A DNA stretch of 63,119 nt, counting the filler, from Octopus bimaculoides (taxonomy: Eukaryota): the NCBI RefSeq assembly GCF_001194135.2. It is 6 parts of 6 records of this genome, joined end to end, with 100 filler letters (N's around TTAATTAATTAA, not from the genome) between each part and the next. Parts side by side here need not be neighbours in the genome. Positions count along the whole stretch, not along the records: positions 27,504 to 32,793 come from NC_068994.1; positions 32,894 to 47,967 come from NC_069010.1; 4 more parts are not named here. One strand, 5' to 3'. The first letter of the stretch is position 1. Every line of letters starts with the position of its first letter. Below are positions 28,339 to 39,100 of the stretch, piece by piece. The translations under genes were made by a program, and so were the position numbers. The notes beneath the pieces are model-generated. The model ran no database searches and had not been told where the DNA came from. It worked only from the letters and a program-made list of their open reading frames with translations.

Positions 28339-29760
28339 TTGGCCAACCTTAACTGAAAACAGCCACACACCCACCTCTCTTTTTCTTCACACTGTTGACT
28401 CAGATCTTTCTACTGATGGCTTTTTTCTTTGAAACTTGTTCTCACAAAACTCTGAGTTCAGTTAGAATCATCTTCTTCCACCTCATCAGACAATACGACT
28501 GTCACGACTAAGAGATGTTTAAACGTACTGGCGGCTTAAGTGAAGTTTCCTCCCCAGATTCACCGTGACTGCCCCGTTTGCACGAGGTTCTTCTTAGTCT
28601 TTTTAGATGAAGTCGACTTTCTCTCTTCCCTCATGAAATAAACGGCTGGAATTGGTCTTATGAAGGTCCACTATTTTTTCTGTCCTTCATACAAGACGTC
28701 AGCCATGCTTTGAGGATATTGCTATTGCATCGTTCATATCTCTCCAGGTTAAGTGCAGTCGAGAATCTTGCAAAATATGTCTTCCTACGTGCTTATCTCT
28801 CCGCATAATCTGCACCATGACGTCTTCCCTATTCCCCTATCTGTGCAAGTTAGTTAGTGTTGGGAGAGATGGTCCCGCAAGGATTGGAGTAGAAAAAGAA
28901 GCGAAAGAGCTCCAATCACCAAAGATCACATCATGCAATCTTCCGTTTTTGGCAGATCACGTTTTGTCCAGATTCCTTGGGATCTAAATTCTTCGGCCCT
29001 GGACCATTGCTCTTCATCCTCAGCTTTGATTACATGTATGGATCTTTTGATCTTGTTTCAGTGATTGGACTGCGGCCATGCTGGGGCACCGCCTTCAAGA
29101 ATTTTAGTCAAACAAATCAACCCCAGTACTTTCTTTTACATGGAGTTAAACAAGTTTAAAAATTTTAAACCCATCTGAATTCTATGAAACAAATCAATTT
29201 GTCTCTACCATAAACCTATTTTCATTTCTGACAATCCCTGTCCAAGACAATTCAACAGGCTCACAAGTAATACCATCAGCAACTTTAACCATTTCCTCGC
29301 ACTTATACAGTTTCTTCTTTCTATTATTGTGCTGGCCCTCGATCCTTTGCATTCCCTCGACTGCCAAGGCCGAAATTAGGACAGGAACTAAATCAACTTC
29401 AGTCTGAGGCTTTGCAATCTACAGAGGCCCTCAAAATAATCAATTGTTCGGATTATCGCTGGTTTTATTCCTGCGCTTCCTGTTTTCAATATTTGTGGAA
29501 CCAGGTGTAATCTTTCAACAAGGGACTTCCAAGATATTGTATAATTTTAGGGCCACGCCAACATTAAATTCGTCTTTGACCTCCTCAATACTCATCACTC
29601 CATACTCACTTTTCATCACCATTCTTTCCTTCTTCTCCCACGACGTTATTTAATCCTTATTTCCTGGATGTTTCTCTCTGGGAAATCTCTTCCATCCCAT
29701 GATCTTTTCTCCTACAAAGGTTCAAAACGCTGTCAGCTCCTTTGATTGATTTATAAGAAT
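28339..29760 (-). pseudogene. XPC: Degenerate remnant of the XPC N-terminal half
   Basis: Frameshifted motifs in XPC order on the - strand: EEVKD 29572-29586, LLNCLGQGL 29232-29258, PRNLDKT 28960-28980, ILKAWL-T-RLV 28688-28717, FQP 28643-28651, EEKERWVC 28365-28388, KVGQ 28339-28350. Many stops. By-eye alignment only. Confidence 0.6.
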
Positions 29761-30409
29761 TAATACTCTTTAATATACACACGCGCGTTTTGTACGTGTG
29801 TGACAGGGCGCTTGATGATTTCTTAAGCTGTTTTATTTTTTCTTGTTGTTCAGGCCCACCTCAACCTGGATTCAGTAGAGCCATACTGAGCAAAAACGTC
29901 CCAACGACTTTCTTTTCTCTTTTTTTTCCCTCTCTGTTGGGACGTAAGAATGTGATTTGTGCAAGATTTGACTGCTGTTTTTAGTTATTCAAACGCCTAC
30001 TTAGAAACCACCTCGTTAGCCCGTTTTTTTTTTCTTTTTCGTAAGTATAATAACCGCCAAAGATAAGAACAGACCGGTGATAAGCTATCACAGTTGTCTT
30101 ATATAAGTGTTAATGCTGTTAATAGCACGTGACTCAATCCAAACAGCCTTCACATTCGACTTTCATCTCTCTCTCTGGCTTTCTTTTTCTCTTTCACTCA
30201 TTCTGCCAAATAAGATCCAATTACACGCTATGTACGGACTGTCGGTTGTATTGCTAGGATTATCACTGGTTTTATTCCTGCGCTTCTGCTGGTAACTTTT
30301 AACGATACTTTTTCATATTGCTAATGTCTTCTATTCAATTTCAGGACTTTCTCAGCTTTTCGATAAGTGTATGCTTGTGTATGTGCATGTGCATGTGCGT
30401 GTGCGTGTG

Positions 30410-30484
<75 letters not shown>

Positions 30485-30617
30485 TAATGGTGAAGGCCGG
30501 TAAGGAATCCCTGTGAAAAAACAACCTCTTTCCATTCGAAACTATATACATATACATTTGTGTGTGTGTGTGTATTTATATATGTATGTATGTATATACG
30601 CGCGTGTATGCATACAT

Positions 30618-30734
<117 letters not shown>

Positions 30735-31210
30735 CATGGGGTAAAATTCGGAATGCTACGTTGGAACTTGGTATAAGGACCTTAGCAGTGCCCTTAAGTC
30801 CGAGATGCTGGGGTTGCGAAGGCGGGATCAGGCATTATAACTTCCCGCACCCCACTTCATAAGCTGAAAATTAGGGAAAGTTCACCACCACCCCCACCTT
30901 ACTGCCAACGTTGTTTTGCATCTAAAACTTTTTAGGGGTTCTTTTTGTTTGTTTGTTTGTTTTTTAATGAGGAAGAAGGGCAGTACCCATCGCTCTTTTC
31001 GGGGTCTCCAAGATCGAATGGTGTAGGAAGCAGTGACGTAGCGTGGGTGGAGCCACATGGACGGCTTTCGTGGGTGCAAAATTGCAGAAAAAAAGAGGGG
31101 GAAAAAAGGGGAAAATGAAAATGAAGTAGTGTTAATAATAAATGAATTTTAAAAAATAGCGCGTCCTCTCAGTAATATTTGTCTTTTCCCGGGCACTGGG
31201 AGTCCACGTC

Positions 31211-31299
31211 ATGTCGCTGAAGAATACCCAGATCGGCGGAAACCTGTCGCAAAGATTTACAAACAGGATGGACTCCGTTGAAGGCATCGTAAGAGCCAG
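31211..31299 (+). CDS. Candidate coding exon of unknown origin, MSLKNTQIGGNLSQRFTNRMDSVEGIVRA
   Basis: ATG, GC-rich third codon positions, CAG/GTAAGA donor, CpG-richer context. No homologue recognised. Confidence 0.3.
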
Positions 31300-32276
31300 G
31301 TAAGAAGGGTGGTGTTAAACGGGTCAACAAATCAAATCTAACAGGAAAATTAGGCCATAACAAAGGAGGGGAGGGGGTTGCTATGCCGCGACGATGAAAG
31401 AGTAAAGTTGTAAACATTTAAGAAGAGAAAACTAATGTTGTGAGAAAGAAATAAATACTTTTGTAAAGAGAAGGTGGGGTAGGGTTAGGGTGATCTTGGG
31501 GGCAGATGACGGTTTTTGAAGGGAACCCACTTCCGTTGGTTACTAGCAAAAGAAGGAATCTTTCAAAGAGAATTACTTTTATACATATGCGCGTACGCAC
31601 ACATGTATATAGGTGAACCGTTCTAATTGTTTTTTTTGCTTGTTTTTTTTTTCTGTTGCACGTATGTATATTATATTCACTTCATGTACACGGGTATATA
31701 TCCAGAACTCATACGTATATCGCGTGTATTTAGCATTGATCTCTTAAGTATTTGATGAGGAGTTTGAAATGGGGCCTGTGTTTCACATTTGACCTGGACC
31801 TATTCATTCGTGGTATTGCGGAGGCCTGTTAATCTGTCTGTTTGTCTATGTACGTTCGTTCGTTCTGACTGCCTTCCTCGGGCCTTCAACCCCTGGTGGG
31901 CAGGGAGTCGCCAGAGGACCACCATCGTCACATATAGCATGTCTTGACCAACTTTAACCTAAAGGAGCTCAACCATTTCCCTCCAGGTCCAGCCACACCT
32001 GATTTCGGAAACATTGAACGAAATAGAAGAACCTACTCCACTTGTGTGGCAGTTACGCAATTCATCGATCCCTAAAACACAAAGTGCAATGTTTACCTTG
32101 GCGAAATTTGAAGCCAGCGCTGAGATTGTTACCTTACTTGTATGTATGTGTATGTCTATGTATGAATGTTTGCATATATATATATGTCTGAATGTATATA
32201 CGAGTATGTATGTATGTATGTATGTATATGCATGTATGTATTATGTATGTATGTGTGAACATGTGTGTACGTATGG

Positions 32277-32309
<33 letters not shown>

Positions 32310-32793
32310 AGAATTTAAGGATTGGAGAAAACGCATGTTATAATTGCATGCAATTATAACNNNNNNNNNNNNNNNNNNNNNNNNNNNNNNNNNNNNNNNN
32401 NNNNNNNNNNTATATATACACGTGTGTGTATGTGTGCGCGTATGTGTGAACGCATGCATGTATCTTTATGTATATATGTGTACACATGCATATACGTGTA
32501 TGTATGTATGTATGCCTATGTAATAAATTCTTTAACTTTTGAAGCTGTTTTATAAATAAACGACTAATATCTACCATAATTATCTCCATTAATTACATAT
32601 ATCACATCGCTACACAATGACATGTTTTCCTATATATTTTTTTTTTTCATTTTTCCCCCCTTAATTTTGAATTATTTATAATTTAAAATTGCATCTATTT
32701 GGAACGGAAATCTTAAAAGTGTCTTCAAACTCGTTTCTCATCCAAGCTGAGCATTAACTTTTCTCCACAAAATCGCCAAAAACTTCATTCTTT

Positions 32794-32893
32794 NNNNNNN
32801 NNNNNNNNNNNNNNNNNNNNNNNNNNNNNNNNNNNNNTTAATTAATTAANNNNNNNNNNNNNNNNNNNNNNNNNNNNNNNNNNNNNNNNNNNN
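32794..32893. other. Artificial 100-bp contig spacer just upstream of the intact XPC exons
   Basis: 44 N + TTAATTAATTAA + 44 N. Confidence 0.95.
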
Positions 32894-33194
32894 ACAGGAC
32901 GTTAGAACAATAAACTACAGACAACGGAACGAACACATAGGAAAACGGAAAGCCACTTGGAATATCCCTTCATCAGCTGTCTCTATTCTATCTAGACGTT
33001 TCGAAGACAAGACAGAACGTATTCTAGAATAGTCTCTTCCTGAGTAGTGGATCAACCCACTACACAGAGGATTCCAAGGTGGCAAACACAAACCAAGACA
33101 GGAAAAAATGGACAGTGAAAACAACATTCAAAAGCCGTACGGCCAAACGCAAATCTGAGGTAGAACGCTAGTAGTTCGTCTTGCCTTCACAGCG

Positions 33195-33370
33195 GCTGGA
33201 GTGAAAACGACGGGCTGGCTTCTTTCAGTTTCCGTCTACCAAATCCACTCACAAGGCTTTGGTCGGCCCGAAGTTATAGTAGAAGACACTTGCCCAAGAT
33301 GTCACGCAGTGGGACTGAACCCAGAACCATGTGGTTGGGAAGCTAACTACTCATCACACAGCTATACCTG
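33195..33370 (-). mobile_element. SINE family A, 5' part
   Basis: Reverse complement of the head of the 44391 copy. Confidence 0.8.
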
Positions 33371-33448
33371 TTCCTATCTCATCTTTATCTTCAGATGTAA
33401 ATGCTTTCTCGAAAGTATTCAACCATAGTTTCTTTCCCCATTTTTTAG

Positions 33449-33560
33449 GTATGCCTTGAAGCGCCACCTTCTCAAGTTCGAAGCTATCTACCCCAACTCT
33501 GCAGTACCCCTAGGTTTCATTAGAAACGAACCAATTTATGCCAGAGAATGTGTGGTTCAG
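33449..33560 (+). CDS. XPC: XPC exon, [37 protein letters not shown]
   Basis: ttttttag acceptor, gtaaag donor, phase 2 to 0. Matches [18 protein letters not shown]. Confidence 0.95.
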
Positions 33561-34371
33561 GTAAAGTTGAAAATTCTAAATTATTAGGTCATAAGTTCAA
33601 GTCTTATCTACAGATATTGTTTAGCCCCAATCAGCCCTTATTATCAAGGGTCTATTTGTTTGTCTGTCTGTTCGTCTGTCTATCTGTTTGTCTGTCTATC
33701 TGTCTGTCTTTCTGTTCGTTTGTCTATCTGTCGTCAGTCTATCTGTTTTTCAGTCTATCTGTTTGTCAGTCTATCTGTTTGTCTATCTCTCTGTTTGTCT
33801 GTCTCTCTGTCTGTCTGTCTGTTCCTCTGTCTATCTGTCGTCAGTCTATCTGTTTGTCTATCTGTCGTCAGTCTATCTGTTTGTCAGTCTATCTGTTTGT
33901 CTGTCTATCTGTTTGTCTGTCTCTCTGTCTATCTATCTGTTTGTCTGTCTAGTCTGTTTGTTTATCACCGGGCCATTGCACTTCCATTACACACACACAC
34001 ATACACACATACACATATATGTAGTTCTCTGAGTTCAAATTCCGCCGAGGTCACCTAAAATTTCAATATTAAATTTACTTAAATATTTATTTCAGTTACA
34101 TGCCCGGGAGACATGGATGAAAGAAGGAAGATGTGTGAAGGTCAGTGGTTGTTTTGGAACTTGCTTCTAACCAGAAATATAACTCTGTGTGTGGAAGGTG
34201 AAAGAGAGAGAGAGAGAGAGAGAGAAAGAAATGCAGAGGAATTGATGAAGAGTTAGATAGGTAGATCATGTGTGGTGGGGAGAGAGAGAGAGAGTGGGGG
34301 GAGATGAACAGACGTACCATATTAGGAGAAATAGATAGAGAGCTAGAGTAGATGTTGTGTGAGGGGAAGAC

Positions 34372-34402
<31 letters not shown>

Positions 34403-36120
34403 AATGCAGAGGAATTGATGAAGAGTTAGATAGGTAGATCATGTGTGGTGGGGAGAGAGAGAAAGAGTGGGGAAGATGAACAGACGTACCATATTAGGAG
34501 AAATAGATAGAGAGCTAGAGTAGATGTTGTGTGAGGGGAAGAGAGAGAGAGAGAAATGCAGAGGAATTGATGAAGAGCTAGATAGGTAGATCCTGTGTGG
34601 TGGGGAGAGAGAGAGAGAGAGAGTGGGGAAGATGAACAGATGTACCATATTAGGAGAAATAGATAGAGAGCTAGAGTAGATGTTGTATGAGGGGAAGACA
34701 GATAGATAGAGAGAGAGAGAAATGCAGAGGAATTGATGAAGAGTTAGATAGGTAGATCATGTGTGGTGGGGAGAGAGAGAGAGAGAGAGTGGGGGGAGAT
34801 GAACAGACGTACCATATTAGGAGAAATAGATAGAGAGCTAGAGTAGATGTTGTGTGAGGGGAAGACAGAGAGAGAGAGAGAGAAGGACAGAGACTGGGGT
34901 GGAGATGAACTGATGTACCATACTCATTTTTGAAAAGACCGATCAAGACTCCACTCCCTGAGACAGTGTGTGTGAACAAGAGAGAGAGAGAGAAACAGAT
35001 AGATGATACCATATGTTACGCACATATTATATCATACCTTGATACTGTGTGAACTAAGATCCCCGTTGACTGGCCGCTGGTATTTATAGAGTGTTAAACA
35101 CTTTTGGTATGCAAATTAGGGATTCCTTCATAGAGTAACTGCTGCATTTGTTGAGTATATAAACAGTTTGGCTGCTTGTCTCTCTGGAGACTGTCAGAAT
35201 GATGTAAACGCCTCTGATGAGAACCCAATAAGGTTCGAAAATCGATTAAGGCTGTTCATCGTTTTTTCAGTCTGCGGAGAAATGGCTACAATTTGTCTTG
35301 TTTATAATTATACCATGTTACGTATATGTGTAAAAGTGAGACACAAAGAGGGAGTGACAATGTATATATGTGTAAGAGAGAGAGAGAATGACACTGTGTA
35401 TGTGAGACAGACAGACTGACAGAGGTTGTATGTGTGTGCATGTTTTATTACTTAGATCTCACTGTCTGAGTATTTTTCATTTTAGGTTGGTGAAGAACCT
35501 TACAAAATGGTTAAATCCAGGCCGAAATGGGTAACTATTCTTTACTTTGTCTTACACACACAACACAAATCTGCTGGTATTGTGACCTAATTAGAAATTA
35601 TACTTACCCTTCCCCTCAAAATTTCAGGCCCTGTGCTTGTAGTAGAAAGGTTTATTACATTGCGTAACACGATTTCTGTCCTTAGCGGCATTTCATCTGT
35701 TTTTATGTTCCGAGTTCAAATTCCGACAAGGTCAACTTTGCCTTGTATCCCTTTTGAAGTCTATAAATTAAGTACCAGTCAAACGCTGGGGGTTGTTGTA
35801 ATCAACTTAGCCTCTCTCCTGAAATTACTGGCCTTGTGCCAAAATTTGAAAACATTGTGGCTGTTGTTTATTTATTTATTTATTTATTTATTTCAAATCT
35901 AATTCCAGAATAAACCAAAAGAAAATCCTGATATTCCAGATCTTGAAGTTTTTGGTTTCTGGCAGACCGAAGTCTACGTTCCCCCTCCAGCTGTCAATGT
36001 GAGTGCACCTCTGAAGAATTTGACACCTCCCACCACCACCCCAACATTTTTCTTTCTGTCTTTCTAATGTTGATTGTATTGTTGTTGTTTAGCGCCATGT
36101 TCCACCTTGATCCAGCAGAA

Positions 36121-36162
<42 letters not shown>

Positions 36163-39100
36163 TTAGCATCTGTTTTCCATACTGGCGTGATGCTGGACGG
36201 TTTGACCAGAGCTGACAAGCCTGGGAGCTAAAACCAGGCATCCTATTGTCTGTTTTGCTCTGGTTTCTATTTCCGGATGCTCTTCCTAATGCTAACCTCT
36301 TTACAGGGTGTACCAGGTGCTTCTAATGTGGCACCAGCACAAGCAATGATAGAAAAAAAGCTGTTTCCAGCTATGACCATCCTATTTTATATTTAGCCGA
36401 AATGTTGTGTTAACAACAAACAAGATGAGGACAAATATTCATCAAATGTAAATAATGTACATAATTTCTCATCTCTTAAATATAGAACTAAATTGGTCGC
36501 ACTTCTACAATACACAGAATATTTTAACAATTCTTTTTTTTTAATTAAATAATATTTAATTACAAAAATATAACAGGATTTTTTAAATGTCAAAATGGCA
36601 ATGGAGGTCCACCAGAATAAAATAGGAATTAGCGGGGCCCATAGGAAAAACATGGCTGAGAAACACTGGTCTAACCCATGTTAGCATGAAAAAAGAACTT
36701 TTATAAAACAAAGAAATGTATACATATGCGCAGGTGTGGCTATGTGGTAAGAAGCTTACTCCCCAACCACATGGCTCCGAGTTCAGTCCCACTGCATGTC
36801 ACCTTGGGCAAGATTCTTCTACTATAACTTTGGGCCAACACAATAATGGGTGCTAAAACATTCCTGGCTTTAAAGGTATCACGAAAGGCCTGGTTGAAGG
36901 CCCAAACTTCCGAGCTTTTTTACAGGGCTTAGAAAAACTGAAGGGCTGCTGGAATAAGTGTGTGAATTAAAGATGGGAATATTATGGATAAAATCATAAT
37001 TAACTGATCCTCCTCTATTTTCTGTTACCCCAAGACCAGGAACTTTTCAGCACTCCTTATGTGTATGCATATATATATACATATATATAAATATATATAT
37101 GAAATGTATGTATAAAATGAATATATGTCTCTCTCATTCTAGGGTAAAATCCCCCGTAATGAATATGGAAATGTTGAGCTGTATAAACCATCCATGTTAC
37201 CAGGAGGAACAGTCCATTTGACAGGTTTGACTCTCTTTTCTTGTTTTATATATGTATATATACACTCATGCATGCGCGCGCTCTTCTTTATGTTTATGGA
37301 AGACCAGCAGTCGCCCATGCATACCGTTCTCCCCTATCCCCGCCACCAGTGTTTTTCCAAAGGAAAGGCAAAAGGGCCGATACAGCTTGGCACCTGTGAC
37401 GTTGCAACTCATTTCTACAGCTGAGTGAACTGGAGCAACGTGAAATAAAGTGTCTTGCTCAAGAACACAACACGCAGCCCAGTCCAGGATTCGAACTCCC
37501 AACCTCGCGATCGTAAGCTCGATGCTCTAACACACACATATATATACACACACACATATAAAAGAAACAATTGCCCTGTCACTCACTCTGTCTACATCTC
37601 TACCTCTATCTTATCTTTTCTTGCCCTTCACACTATCTTCTTTGCTCTCCATCACCAGAGCCAGGCCTCAATCGCGTCGCCAGGAAGCTGGGTGTAGACT
37701 GTGCCGCTGCAATGGTTGGCTGGGACTTCCATGGTGGATCTTCTCATCCTGTGTAAGTTAATTTCTTTATTTCATTATTGTTGTTGTTGTTGTTGTTGCT
37801 TAACTCTGTGTTCAGTTGTGTACCACTTTATTTTGTTGAAGTAGTTGTATGCTGTCAACTTAATGTGGCAGTCCCCTGAAGGGAATAATATTACTGTTGG
37901 TTAGACCTAGGAAGCTGCACTGCTTCCTGTCGGCCTTGACACATTTCCTGTGACCTTATGTTTACAAGGAGGAGACAAGCACCTCCACCCAGCTAAGCCT
38001 GCATCCAGAGACAGTAGTATTATTCCCTTGTTGTCATTGGTCAGTAAGCGTTATTTCCTATTTGCTTCTATGTAGAAATCAAAAGAAATAACTACTATTC
38101 TCCTCAAACATTGCTTCTATGACCTGGGCATCAATGTTTTGAAACTGACCCATTTTCCATTACATTTCATAGAGATTCAATGCTGAGTTGCTCAAGCAGA
38201 AATATCGTTATAGCAAATATTCTGTTCAGTTCCACAGATTTGTTTGTCACTTGCTTGATCATAACCGCTTGAGCGGTAGGCAATAAGTACATCTCTGATC
38301 ATGAGCAGAATTAGTTGGAGAGCATGATAGCCATGTGCTGAGAGGGATTTTTGGGGGTTTGAATAAATGTAACAAAGGCAAAGTTTAAAGGCAACATTAG
38401 CCATTTTCCATACTTTTTAAGAGTAATCAAATAGGAAATAACAGTTGCCACCCAAGGACAGAAATCTCGTTACACAGTGTAATAACAGGGTCTTTTTCAT
38501 AATGGATATTTCAGATTTGATGGTTGGGTTGTGTGTGTTGAACACAAGGAGAAAGTTCTGGCTGAATGGCACAAAGAACAACAACTTGCTAAAGAAAGAG
38601 AAACCGCGGTAAATATTAATTAATTTTGTTATCTCTCATCAATGTAATTGCCATCTGTGTTTCGATACTCAATGTATATACAGAGTTGATAGGTAAGTTA
38701 CTGCAGTTTATCGTTGCCAGTGCCCCTGGACTGGTTCTTGTGCGGGTGGCACATGAGATGCACCATTTTGAGCGTGGCCGTTGCCAGTACCGCCTGACTG
38801 GCTCCTGTAGGATTTTCGAGCGAGATCGTTGCCAGTGCCCCTGGACTGGCTTGTGCGGGTGGCACATAAAAGACACCATTTCGAGCGTGGCCGTTTTCGT
38901 GCGGGTGACACGTAAAAGCACCCACTACACTCTCTGAGTGGTTGGCGTTAGGAAGGGCATCCAGCTGTAGAAACTCTGCCAGATCAGATTGGAGCCTGGT
39001 GTTGCCATCCGGTTTCACCAGTCCTCAGTCAAATCGTCCAACCCATGCTAGCATGGAAAGCGGACGTTAAACGATGATGATGATGATGATGAAACATACT

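Noticed and set aside
31169-31417. - strand ORF as a terminal exon
   Set aside because: Codon-aligned antisense shadow of the + strand candidate, which has the stronger splice signal. Not fully excluded.
31860-32070. - strand GID...KVGQ...TCY as a further XPC remnant
   Set aside because: Only 3-4 residue matches across different frames, and out of order relative to the main remnant.
38616-39018. ORFs MLLRVTRTK... and [10 protein letters not shown]... recurring at 42779-43484 and 57320-57529
   Set aside because: Antisense frames of a repeated retroelement 3' UTR, not paralogous genes.
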